Shown here in pieces: positions 34,356 to 43,759 of a stretch of 64,000 nucleotides of DNA. The notes beneath the pieces are model-generated. The model made no database searches and was not told the DNA's origin. It saw nothing but the letters and a program-made list of their open reading frames with translations. The first letter of the stretch is position 1; the number at the start of each line of letters is the position of its first letter. Origin of the DNA: a virus; IMG/VR virus record IMGVR_UViG_3300029286_003693, positions 18,731-82,730 of that record, one strand, 5' to 3'. A program made the position numbers and the translations under genes.

Positions 34356-34993
34356 CAGAAATCCAGCCTTGTCCGTTGGACATCCGCTCTTGCCTTGGGC
34401 GCGTTCGGGTAGAAAGCGACCAGAGAGGCAATCCCGTTTGCGGCCAGACCGCTGTATTTCTGCGTGTTCGGCATCACTCCGTCGAGCCCGTCCTCGATCT
34501 GGATGTATGCCTCTTTGAGAGTGTAATTCTGGAAGATCTCCTTGTGAAGAATCTCCGGGATGTAGTCGGGAAACACGTCCCCGACTGCCAACTCCTTCGG
34601 TTTTCCGTAGAAATGAAGCGTCATATTCTCGGCATCTTCCGGGATGGGCCTGAAGTTCAGGATCTTCCCATCAAGGCAGATGATCTGCACGGGGCCGGTC
34701 TGTGTATCATTGGAATTCGCCTTCAATTCCTTAATGTTCGGGGCAATCAGAATGCCCTGTGGGTACGTCGGTGTCGTCACGAGGTAGAGGTCATGCAGGT
34801 AGGTCTTCGGAAGGGCCGCTGTTAGTGCCGCTGCTGCCGCCTCTACCACTGCGGTCGTCTGAAGGCCAGGGATTCGGCACATCGTAGCCAATAGGAGCAG
34901 GGCCTCGTTGAACTTTCCGATGATCCAGGTCTCGTCGTAAGTCGCGTCCTGGACTATTTTCTCAACCTCTGTCACGATTGCATCTACTTCCAT
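34355..34993 (-). CDS. Putative head-tail adaptor protein
   Basis: 212 aa; position and FRPIP...IPEILH pattern. Confidence 0.65.
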   Translation of the reverse strand: MEVDAIVTEVEKIVQDATYDETWIIGKFNEALLLLATMCRIPGLQTTAVVEAAAAALTAALPKTYLHDLYLVTTPTYPQGILIAPNIKELKANSNDTQTGPVQIICLDGKILNFRPIPEDAENMTLHFYGKPKELAVGDVFPDYIPEILHKEIFQNYTLKEAYIQIEDGLDGVMPNTQKYSGLAANGIASLVAFYPNAPKARADVQRTRLDF

Positions 34994-35415
34994 CAGTTTT
35001 TCCTCTTCTGCGGTCTCTTTGATCCTTTTTTGGGATAGGCCGGGCGATCCGGTTCATCACTCTTGTCTATCTGCCCAACATGGGGCGCGTAAGCATCCTT
35101 ACCGACCTGCTCATGCACGGGCATCTCGTTCCCGAAATGCGCCGACATGCGGCTCTCGGCAGTCTCCGGGACAGCTTCGGCTGAGTCCGCAACAGGCGCC
35201 ACTTCATCCACCACTTCTTCGGTAATCTTCTTCAGGACGTTGTATTCCTTGAACGCGGTGTTGTGGAACGGGTCCGAGATCCTTTTGATGTGCTCCTGGT
35301 CCGTGATATCACTGACAAGGTGCCCATGATCGTTTCGCTTGAACTTATAGGCCGTCCCCGCCAGGTTGACGATGCACTCGTTCTGGTCTCTCTCGACCAA
35401 CAATTGAACCTGCAT
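34993..35415 (-). CDS. Hypothetical head-module protein
   Basis: Start MQVQLL with GGAGGAG RBS; 140 aa. Confidence 0.65.
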   Translation of the reverse strand: MQVQLLVERDQNECIVNLAGTAYKFKRNDHGHLVSDITDQEHIKRISDPFHNTAFKEYNVLKKITEEVVDEVAPVADSAEAVPETAESRMSAHFGNEMPVHEQVGKDAYAPHVGQIDKSDEPDRPAYPKKGSKRPQKRKN

Positions 35416-35503
35416 AACTCCTCCAATGTTTGTAGGCCGTGACGGTGGAGCGAGAAGAGGGGGCACCCCCACCGCCACGCCTACGGGGTTGTGTGGACCC
35501 TTT

Positions 35504-35950
35504 TTAGCCGCCGTACTCCGCGGCGCGGTACGTCAGAATCCCACGAATAGTCCCTGCTGCGGCTGTTCCCGCTGCCGTGGTGATGTGCATCCCAAACAGG
35601 GTCTCCGTCTCGACGGGGGCCACCATCGAAAACAGAGTCGAACGGGCAACCCCACCCGCCTGGGCCACGGTAGACGCGGGAACCATGATCTGATCAACCG
35701 CGTCCTCCGCTGCATTGATTCCGCCGCCATCCACGACGATTGCAGGGCTGCCGGCGGAATCCAGATCGTCAACGATGAGGGTGAAATCCAGGGGGATGCA
35801 CCCAGCCGGGAGCGAGCACAGCGCGATGGTCTGCTCGTCCACGTTCAGAGCGGCGGTGATTTCATACGAGCCGTCGCTCACCAGAACCTTGCCAGCCTCG
35901 TCCGGGTAAACCGCAGGACGGGCGCCTGCTACATTTGCCGATTTCAACAT
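35504..35950 (-). CDS. Putative capsid decoration/cement protein
   Basis: 148 aa directly after the major capsid gene; LPAG...DDLD pattern. Confidence 0.65.
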   Translation of the reverse strand: MLKSANVAGARPAVYPDEAGKVLVSDGSYEITAALNVDEQTIALCSLPAGCIPLDFTLIVDDLDSAGSPAIVVDGGGINAAEDAVDQIMVPASTVAQAGGVARSTLFSMVAPVETETLFGMHITTAAGTAAAGTIRGILTYRAAEYGG

Positions 35951-36020
35951 AGTCGTGTCTCCTTTTCCTTTACTGAAGGGGGAGATCCGTCTCCCCCGCT
36001 GTCATTCCTGCGATCCCCTG

Positions 36021-37124
36021 TTACCCGACCGGCTGCTTGGCTGCCGTGTCGATTGCCATGATCCCGAAGTCCTTGGCGTTGAACTGCACCTTGGAGATTC
36101 CGAAGATCGAGTGCGTGCTGATCACGACCTGGTTTCCGCTGTCTCTCTCCTCTTCGTACCAGCCGAAGCGGAGACCGTTGCCCTTGGAACCGAAGGCGAT
36201 CACTGCCGCCTGGACGCCCATGAACAGAGCCCGCGCCGCCTCAACGGTCGCGGGGTTGCCGTAGTCGGCCATACGGATTACGGCCTGGTGCTCATGCAGG
36301 ACCACGTTGTTATACATGCCGAGCCCGCCCTGGAAGATCGGGTTCTTACGGCCCTCTGCCGCTGCCGCCGCCTTCTGTATGTCCAGCCAGCCAGAGCCGC
36401 CCGTGGTCTGCCGAAGGTCGTACACCTGCCACGGGTTCATCAAGAGGACGAAGTGCTTCTCGCCGTTGATGAGGATCGGCTGAATCTTGGGGGTTCCCCC
36501 CGTTCCGCCTCCCATCATCGAGGCCATAGCCACAGCCTTGTCGATGAGTCCCAGGGTGATCGTGTCGCCCGCGGCAATGGTCGTCTTGATCTTCGTGCCC
36601 GGCATGAGCAAGTGCTCGGTGTCGGGGGCGTTGAAGGCGTTCCCTGCAAATCCCGCGTAACTGGTCGGGAAGATGTAGTCCGCATTGGACCCGCGGAGCC
36701 CGGACAGATACATGAAGAAGAGCTCGTCGAATACCCGGCTCCACCATTCCGACTGCCGTACCCGTGCGATCTCCCGAAGCTGGTGGATCGTCCGCTTCTG
36801 GGTCATCCTGCCGCCCGTGTTCACCCCGCCGCGCATCTGATTGATCAGGATGTCGTCGGAGTAGAACTTCAGGTCCTCTTCTTTCCCGGTCAAAGGGGTG
36901 TCCCCTTCCACAGGTTGCATTTTCAACTGCATGACGAGGTCGAAGGAAACCTTGTCTCCCGCCGTGCTTTCGAGGTCTTTTACGACCTGGATGGGCATAC
37001 TGGAGCCTTCAGCGCCCATGAACTTGCGGGAGAAATAGGAATCCCGCGCCACGTCTACCGCAAGGAATGCCGAATACTTCTTGACGGCCTTGGGGTCGTT
37101 TACACCGATGATTGTCTGTCCCAT
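36021..37124 (-). CDS. Major capsid protein (N4-gp56 family-like)
   Basis: MGQTIIGVNDPKAVKKYS...AGDKVSFDL...GGRMTQKRT...NPIFQGGLGMYNNVVLHEH. Confidence 0.9.
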   Translation of the reverse strand: MGQTIIGVNDPKAVKKYSAFLAVDVARDSYFSRKFMGAEGSSMPIQVVKDLESTAGDKVSFDLVMQLKMQPVEGDTPLTGKEEDLKFYSDDILINQMRGGVNTGGRMTQKRTIHQLREIARVRQSEWWSRVFDELFFMYLSGLRGSNADYIFPTSYAGFAGNAFNAPDTEHLLMPGTKIKTTIAAGDTITLGLIDKAVAMASMMGGGTGGTPKIQPILINGEKHFVLLMNPWQVYDLRQTTGGSGWLDIQKAAAAAEGRKNPIFQGGLGMYNNVVLHEHQAVIRMADYGNPATVEAARALFMGVQAAVIAFGSKGNGLRFGWYEEERDSGNQVVISTHSIFGISKVQFNAKDFGIMAIDTAAKQPVG

Positions 37125-37244
37125 TGCGTATCCTCCTAAAAGTGATAGAAAATGTTTTTGTGTTTCACCATCTCTCCATTTCCCCCATCACTTCCCGGTC
37201 ATCGGGCTGGCTATGTTTGAACCAGAACGTGGGATGTACTGTCT

Positions 37245-38303
37245 TTATGAGCGGGCTGCGTAGATCGCCCGTTCCGTATCGCTCATCTTGGCGACTGCGT
37301 TCTCGTAGGCTTCCCCTGTGAGCTTATCAATCGCGTCATACTTGTCGTCTCCCTGATTCCCTTCCGATACCGGGACCTTGGCAAGCGTCTTGACACCCGC
37401 GGCCCTCTCGGCCTCCGCCTTCTTTGCGGCTTCGATAGCCTTGCGCTTCTCCTCGGCGGCCTCAATAGCCGTGCGCTTCTCTTCGATGGACACGACATTG
37501 CCATCGTCCGCCTTGGGCGGTCCTTCCGGGTGGAAAACCGCGTCGCATTCTTTCTTTGCGGCTGCGAAAATCTGGGCGTCGGTCATCTTCTTCGACTCGT
37601 CGGTGGCCAGGAGCCGGTTGACGGCGTCCACAAAAGCCACATTCTTGATCCGCTCTGCGGAATACTCTGGGTTGCTGCTAAAAAAATCGGCTTGGGCGTC
37701 CTTCCATCCCTTTTCAGCTGCAGCCTTCTGGACCTGGGCGTTGATCTTGTCGAACATCTTCATCTCGGTGAGCGATTCGACGTACTCGGCGCGTTCCTTG
37801 TTGTAAGCGGCCAGGGTGATGTCCCCATCCTCGAACTTCGTGTCGAGCGCCGTCATCTTGGCTTCGATTTCCTCCCTGGTTCCGTGCTTTTTCTCGGCCT
37901 CCAGGATGAAAACAGGTTCGTTTTTGGGTACAATGACGGTCGCTGCCGCAGCTGACTTTTCCGCCTTCTGCGCTGCCTCCAGGTCTGCCGCCTCTTTGGC
38001 TGCCTGGACTGCCGCTGCCGCCTCTGCGTCTGCCGCCGCCTTGGCTTTGGCCTCTTCTTCGAGCTTCTCTGCTTCCGCTTCCGCTTCCTCCGCCGCCTTC
38101 TCCTCTTCAGTCTTCTCCTCCACCGCCTTCTTCTCGACCGTCCGCTTGGCTTCCCCTGCCCCCTCTTCCTTCGCCTTGGCGGCTGCGGCGGCCTCTTCCT
38201 CGGCTTTGATCTCCTCCGTGCTCTTGTTTTCCGTTTCCCCATCAAGGGCCTCTCGCTCTTCGGGGCTCAGCATCGCCAGCTCGTCTTCCGTGATCTTTCC
38301 CAT
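37245..38303 (-). CDS. Putative capsid scaffolding protein
   Basis: 352 aa Glu/Ala/Lys-rich helical protein between portal and capsid. Confidence 0.75.
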   Translation of the reverse strand: MGKITEDELAMLSPEEREALDGETENKSTEEIKAEEEAAAAAKAKEEGAGEAKRTVEKKAVEEKTEEEKAAEEAEAEAEKLEEEAKAKAAADAEAAAAVQAAKEAADLEAAQKAEKSAAAATVIVPKNEPVFILEAEKKHGTREEIEAKMTALDTKFEDGDITLAAYNKERAEYVESLTEMKMFDKINAQVQKAAAEKGWKDAQADFFSSNPEYSAERIKNVAFVDAVNRLLATDESKKMTDAQIFAAAKKECDAVFHPEGPPKADDGNVVSIEEKRTAIEAAEEKRKAIEAAKKAEAERAAGVKTLAKVPVSEGNQGDDKYDAIDKLTGEAYENAVAKMSDTERAIYAARS

Positions 38304-38334
38304 AATGTCGTCCTCCCTCTCTGTCCCGGGTTGA

Positions 38335-38436
38335 TTCGGGCAACAAAAAAGGACGGCTGTAGAAGTGTAGGCTCCTACAAGCCGTCCTCGTTTGTTCTTG
38401 CGTCCCCTTTCGGTATGCCTACCGTCTGGGGAACCC
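38335..38436 (-). ncRNA. Structured cis-RNA element, copy 2
   Basis: Intergenic between portal and scaffold; same architecture as 32996-33101. Confidence 0.65.
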
Positions 38437-38456
38437 TTATTTTCTAATAACTACCC

Positions 38457-40892
38457 TTACTCCTTATGGTTGTTGCTCTTCAGTCCCCTTTCGACTGACC
38501 CGTTCGGCTTGTCCTTCGCCTTGACCAATTTCTCGTCGAGGGCCAGGCGCTTTACATCCATGATCCGGGTATGCTCGCCCGCCTTTTCTGTGTTCTCAGC
38601 GTTCCGCTCGGTCATCATCAGACCATGCGCCGCCGACTCCTCTTTGACGTTCTGATCCCGCGTCTGCATGGTCCTCTGGTGCTCGCCCTGCTCGATGGTA
38701 TTCAGCGTGCTGGCCTTCTCCATCCGGAGCTTTTCCTTGTCATAATCGACACCCGCGGCGCTCACCTGCTGGTTAACCGACTCAGTCTTGATCTTCGCGG
38801 CGATAAGCTGGGCTTCTTGTTCAAGCTTCTTGACCTTCGCCTGTTCGGCTGCGAGCTGCGTCTGAAGGATCTGGTTTTGTGTCTCTGCCGCCTGCGTCGC
38901 TGCATCTGCCTTGGCCTGATCTGCAGCCTGATCTTCGGGAGTGGCCGCACCCTCAGTTCCCCGTTGGCCGGTGATTGCCCTGAACCGATCGACAAACTTT
39001 TCTTTACCGGGTAAATCGGACAACTCGAACCATAGATCAATAACTTGTATTGCTGCTTCGGGCTGCAAGGTCTTGAGGATCTCAGTCATTGACTCGAACA
39101 TGGCCTCGCGGATCGTCGCGGAGTAATCCTGCTCGGAAATGACGAAATCGGCCTGACTTGCCGTGATGTCGCCGATGATCTCATCCGTCTCCGGGTCATA
39201 TTTGTTGATCTCAAGGAACTCGGGCGTCTTGCCGTTCTCGCCCCCGGTGATCCGGATCTTTTTTTCCTCGGTGTAGAGCTGCTCGATCATCGACAAAATG
39301 ATTTCACCAGACAGCTTGAAGGCCAGCCGGTTGTTATCGAAGAATGCCGTCGTTACAACACCGCCCTGCTCCTGCCGCGCCCTGATCGCCTTCCCCGACA
39401 CAGCATTCGTGTCCCGCCCCATCAGTTCGTCCGTCACGCCTGACGCGCTCTGGATGTACTTCTCGTCCTGGGTCATCAGCATGACGTGCTCTTCAGCCAT
39501 CTTGTTCTCGTTCTGGATCTCGACCCCGCGTTGACTCTTTGGGTTGACCTTGATCAATCCGTCCGGGCGATTCGCCTCCTGGACGATGTCGCTCCAACTC
39601 TGGTCGGTGTTGTCGATCGCGTCGTCATCCGCCATTACCCGGTTGGCTGACAACAGGTAGAGAGCCTTTGACCGGCGCTTGTTCAGGTCTTTCTGCGGGT
39701 CTCTGAGATTCCGGACAATGCCGTAGGGCGTCCCGTCCTTCTTCCGTTTGAAGCCCCAGATCGGCACCAGACTGAAGCGCTTGTGTCGGTACGGGCTCTC
39801 CCCGTCCTGCAATACCGAGTCGCCGGTGAAGATTATCTGACGCATCTCCATCACGGTTGACTCGACCGGCTGACCGATTCCCAGCTCCACCAGTTTCTGG
39901 TGCTTCCCCTCATCGAACGTGATCCCCTGAAGCGTTCCCAGTTCCTTGCCGCGCAACAGCTTCTTTCTTGCCGGGGTCCGATACTGACACTCGACCAGGA
40001 ACACACGATCCCGCGGCTCAACAGAGGTCTGGGTGCCGATGTACCCGAAAAACCCGGTGTACTGCGGCATAAAGCCTGTACTGCTGTGCGGCATCCCGCC
40101 CGCCATCTTTGGATCGAAGGCAGGATCAAGCATTTCCGCAAAGGTCTCGTACCCGAATCCCTGATCCCCGCTGATAACAGAAGCATGGATAACGTCCGCC
40201 CTGTCCGGGAACATGGCACAGGCAACGTCTTCATCCACCCACTTGCCCCTGAAAACGTAACGGGCGTCGGAGAGGTCGTCCTCGACGGCCAGCGTGTCCC
40301 ACCAGATGTATCGCCAATCCTCGTAAGAGACGACAAGGGGCTCGTTGTCCGGGTCCGCGTTGATCCCGTGATCGATCCACCCTACCCCGGCCAGCACGGC
40401 ATCGGCGAATGACTTCGACCGCTTGAATCCCGCGTTGTTCGCGTCGGAGACGTATTTGAAGAGCTTCGTCTTCATCTCCGCGCTCTTCGCGTCCTCTTCA
40501 CCCCTGGGTAGAACGCGATAGTCAACCCGGATCTTCTTTTCAGTCCCGAGCACCCAATCGACCGTTGGCTTGACCTGGTTGAAGGTGATCGGCACCTGGG
40601 TCCGTTTGGCCAGGATCGCCTTCTCTTCCTGCGTCCACTGCCCCGGTCCGTCGTAAAACTCATGGTCTACCATCGACTCACAACGGAAATCGGCCTGTCG
40701 CACCCTCTCTTGGGCGAACCATGACGACACCTTCGTGAACCGCTTGCGGACATCCTCCCTGTCGAGCGGATGAACTCCTTCGGGCGGCTTTTCAAGCCCC
40801 AGATCATCCAGGTGTTCATCAACGTCGAACTCGCGAGGGGTGTATTCCTCGATGCTCCTTACGTTTTCGGCTCTTTGAGTTCGCTCGCTCAT
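38457..40892 (-). CDS. Portal protein (P22-like)
   Basis: 811 aa; FYDGPGQW, ITFNQVKP, YGIVRNLRDPQKDLNKRRSK, SGKAIRARQEQG; C-terminal coiled coil. Confidence 0.92.
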   Translation of the reverse strand: MSERTQRAENVRSIEEYTPREFDVDEHLDDLGLEKPPEGVHPLDREDVRKRFTKVSSWFAQERVRQADFRCESMVDHEFYDGPGQWTQEEKAILAKRTQVPITFNQVKPTVDWVLGTEKKIRVDYRVLPRGEEDAKSAEMKTKLFKYVSDANNAGFKRSKSFADAVLAGVGWIDHGINADPDNEPLVVSYEDWRYIWWDTLAVEDDLSDARYVFRGKWVDEDVACAMFPDRADVIHASVISGDQGFGYETFAEMLDPAFDPKMAGGMPHSSTGFMPQYTGFFGYIGTQTSVEPRDRVFLVECQYRTPARKKLLRGKELGTLQGITFDEGKHQKLVELGIGQPVESTVMEMRQIIFTGDSVLQDGESPYRHKRFSLVPIWGFKRKKDGTPYGIVRNLRDPQKDLNKRRSKALYLLSANRVMADDDAIDNTDQSWSDIVQEANRPDGLIKVNPKSQRGVEIQNENKMAEEHVMLMTQDEKYIQSASGVTDELMGRDTNAVSGKAIRARQEQGGVVTTAFFDNNRLAFKLSGEIILSMIEQLYTEEKKIRITGGENGKTPEFLEINKYDPETDEIIGDITASQADFVISEQDYSATIREAMFESMTEILKTLQPEAAIQVIDLWFELSDLPGKEKFVDRFRAITGQRGTEGAATPEDQAADQAKADAATQAAETQNQILQTQLAAEQAKVKKLEQEAQLIAAKIKTESVNQQVSAAGVDYDKEKLRMEKASTLNTIEQGEHQRTMQTRDQNVKEESAAHGLMMTERNAENTEKAGEHTRIMDVKRLALDEKLVKAKDKPNGSVERGLKSNNHKE

Positions 40893-40899
40893 GACTACA

Positions 40900-42189
40900 T
40901 CAACCCTCTGCCACCGTTATCAAAAGAGGTTGCACGCTGTTGATCCGTTTGTCGGCTATCTCAACATATTCAGGATTCAGTTCGATCCCGATGAACCCAA
41001 ATCCCTCCGCTGCCGCTGCTTTCCCTGTTGAACCGCTACCCATGAAGGGATCAAGAATCACGCCGCCGGGAGGCGTAACAAGGCGGCAGAGGTAGCGCAT
41101 CAGGGCGGTTGGTTTGACTGTGGGGTGGAAATTACCCTTCGTGTCTGTGTTCTCAACCTTTCGGAGTGTGGTACCGTGGTGGAACTGGGGGCCAGGATTA
41201 TTCAGCCCTTCATTACGATCTTCCCGGCTCGCCTTTGCGCAGTAGAAGAACCGGGCGGTTGAACCGGAGTCGCCGGGGGTGTCGCGCTTTGTAATGTCTG
41301 GGTCCATGTATCCGTAGGTATTCCGGTTAGGTCCTTCAGAATTAAGCCTTCTTTGTCCTGCAGACATCTTCCCGCTCGTCGTCACCGGAAACAGCCCCAC
41401 CACTTGATCGCTGCCGTCATATATAAGGTTGGCAGGCCAGCGTCCGTTTGCACTCACGACCTCTGGCGTGTCGCTCCCTGTCTGATTCATCCCCCATCCA
41501 TTTTTCTCGCTTTTCTTCGAGCGGTTCATTGTCCTCAATTGTGATGCGTCGGCCTTCGGGTCAATTCCCACCCTGCACCCATCGATATTCAATCCCCCCG
41601 TCCCATACTTCAGGACGTTGGCGGCCACGGTACCGATTAAGGGCTTCCGGCAAACCAAGACCGGCTCCCATGCTGGCTTGAGGGCAGTGCCCCAGCCTTC
41701 CCATTGACGGGCGGTATCAGTTGCGGGGGCGGTGATGTCAAAAACCTTTCCACTTCCATCCATGTACCCAATTCCAGTATCCCCTTTACCGTGATTGTCG
41801 AGCTTTATCCTGTGCGGCCCACTGCCGTTTTCGTTGACGCCCACCACTTGCCGTTCTGCCCCCGCCGCCTTGTCGATCGCCTTACTCACATCTAGCGACT
41901 TAGGGAACCCTGAACCATACACCCACATCACGGTATCCCGAATCTCCCACCCCGCATCCTCTATCGCAACAGCCAGCCGGTGAAAGGTTCGTGTCCCACC
42001 AAAGGCCAGCATATACGCACCCGGCTTCGCTACCCTCAATGCCGCTTCCCAAAACGGAACACCCGGCACACCGTGATCCCAATCCTTACCCATGAAGGAA
42101 AGGCCATAAGGAGGATCACAGACGATGGAGTCAACCGATTCGGTTTCAAGCGTTGGCATAATGTTCAGGCAATCGCCCTCATAAATCAT
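40900..42189 (-). CDS. DNA amino-methyltransferase (beta class, DPPY)
   Basis: IVCDPPY motif IV; HPTVKP; ILDPFMGSGSTG motif I. Confidence 0.92.
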   Translation of the reverse strand: MIYEGDCLNIMPTLETESVDSIVCDPPYGLSFMGKDWDHGVPGVPFWEAALRVAKPGAYMLAFGGTRTFHRLAVAIEDAGWEIRDTVMWVYGSGFPKSLDVSKAIDKAAGAERQVVGVNENGSGPHRIKLDNHGKGDTGIGYMDGSGKVFDITAPATDTARQWEGWGTALKPAWEPVLVCRKPLIGTVAANVLKYGTGGLNIDGCRVGIDPKADASQLRTMNRSKKSEKNGWGMNQTGSDTPEVVSANGRWPANLIYDGSDQVVGLFPVTTSGKMSAGQRRLNSEGPNRNTYGYMDPDITKRDTPGDSGSTARFFYCAKASREDRNEGLNNPGPQFHHGTTLRKVENTDTKGNFHPTVKPTALMRYLCRLVTPPGGVILDPFMGSGSTGKAAAAEGFGFIGIELNPEYVEIADKRINSVQPLLITVAEG

Positions 42190-42569
42190 GACTGCATCAT
42201 CCCCACTTTAATATCGGGCCTGTTACTCGCCGGCTGCATGTCGATCACCGTGTTCGGGTCGTCGTACCCTGCCCTGAACGGCGGCATCTTCACGAGGTCG
42301 TCTATCCCATCCATGATCGTGTCTGTTATTGAAGACATCACCTGCACGAACTGACGCTTGCGCGTCGGCACCTCAATGTCAAACAACTTGCAGATTTGCA
42401 GCACCTTACCTGTTATGAACCCCCCGAACTCATCATTGTGCGTGTCGCTGTATTTCCAGAGGTCATCCAGTGTGATGATGAAGCGCTTCTTATTGTCCCG
42501 TTGCGCCCCGTTCAGGATCATGACTGGTTTACCCTTGAAGTATCCGTAGTCCCTCTCGATTACTCTCAT
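42186..42569 (-). CDS. Hypothetical protein
   Basis: 127 aa, coupled to both neighbours by ATGA overlaps. Confidence 0.7.
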   Translation of the reverse strand: MRVIERDYGYFKGKPVMILNGAQRDNKKRFIITLDDLWKYSDTHNDEFGGFITGKVLQICKLFDIEVPTRKRQFVQVMSSITDTIMDGIDDLVKMPPFRAGYDDPNTVIDMQPASNRPDIKVGMMQS

Positions 42570-43759
42570 GCTGTCACCGCGAATAAGAGAGGCTGCACGT
42601 TGTTAATCCGCTTCTCTGCCATTTTTGCATACTCAGGATTTAACTCGATACCGACGAAATTACGGCCTAACTTCTCGGCCACCAGCCCCGTTGTTCCGGC
42701 GCCGGAGAAGGGATCAAGGACGACGCAGGGAGTAGGTTCGTGGTTGTGGGTGCAGGTCGGTCGCCAATCGTTTGTTGCTATCCGTTGTGGCGTATATGTT
42801 GCGCCACTGAGCGACCTAATCCCTGAAGGATTTCCACCCTTATCTGGGAAATAATCTCCAACATCTTTTCGCGCCCTATCGTTCGTAGCACCCGTTTTCT
42901 CCACCATCCTCACCCACGGACTCCCGCACTCGGGGCAGCACCCCTTCTCACTCGTTCCGGCCTTAATACATGGCGTCACAAGGGCTTCGGGGAATGTGGC
43001 AAAATGGGCTCCAGGGAATGGCTGGGTGGGAATAGTCCAGACAGAACGGCAGTTGCGGCCAGTAGGATGGCCAACGCTGCGTTTCCGGCCGATTTTAGTT
43101 GCAGAGCTGGCTTTACTAAATGGGTCTATTAAATCCTTATGTTTTCCACCGATACGGTCTCGGCTTTCCTCCATTTTCTTAATATCAGATGGTCCGCTTT
43201 GACAAGCTTCCTTGATTGCCTCCGCGTCATAGTAATACCGCTGACTCTTAACCAGTAGGAACAAATACTCATGACTCTTTGTCGGTCTGTCCGTTACACT
43301 CTCTGGCATGGGGTTCGGCTTGTGCCAGATAATGTCGGAACGTAACCACCATCCGTCAGCTTGAAGGGCGAAGGCCACGTGCCAGGGGATCCCAATCAGG
43401 TCTTTGGGCTTCAATGTCTTAATATTGGTAGGCATACCAAAACGTGATTTTTCTGTTGATGGCTTACCAAACTCAGTATGTTTTGCTTGATATTCTGGGT
43501 TGCTTCCTGCTTTCCCGCTGCCATTATACGAATCTCCCAAATTCAACCACACCGTCCCGTCATCCCGCAGCACCCTCCGCACTTCCCGGAACACGGCTAC
43601 GAGCTTGGCTACATAGGCGTCTGGCGAATCCTCCAGCCCGATCTGGCCATCCACCCCATAATCCCGAAGGCCGTAATATGGCGGCGATGTCACAACACAC
43701 TGAACAGAATCGGGTTCAAGCGCAGGCATAATGTCCAGGCAATCACCTTGATAAATCAT
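42566..43759 (-). CDS. DNA amino-methyltransferase (beta class, SPPY; probable m4C)
   Basis: VTSPPY; HFATFP; VLDPFSGAGTT; Cys-rich insertion CCPECG. Confidence 0.92.
   Translation of the reverse strand: MIYQGDCLDIMPALEPDSVQCVVTSPPYYGLRDYGVDGQIGLEDSPDAYVAKLVAVFREVRRVLRDDGTVWLNLGDSYNGSGKAGSNPEYQAKHTEFGKPSTEKSRFGMPTNIKTLKPKDLIGIPWHVAFALQADGWWLRSDIIWHKPNPMPESVTDRPTKSHEYLFLLVKSQRYYYDAEAIKEACQSGPSDIKKMEESRDRIGGKHKDLIDPFSKASSATKIGRKRSVGHPTGRNCRSVWTIPTQPFPGAHFATFPEALVTPCIKAGTSEKGCCPECGSPWVRMVEKTGATNDRARKDVGDYFPDKGGNPSGIRSLSGATYTPQRIATNDWRPTCTHNHEPTPCVVLDPFSGAGTTGLVAEKLGRNFVGIELNPEYAKMAEKRINNVQPLLFAVTA

Noticed and set aside
38335-38436. c-di-GMP-I riboswitch suggested by GAAAGGGGACGCAAG
   Set aside because: GAAA is not a tetraloop here, copy 1 lacks it, and the downstream stem does not fit; kept as an unassigned RNA
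40900-43759. Restriction-modification system
   Set aside because: No endonuclease motif recognised; the 127-aa gene between the methyltransferases is unassigned
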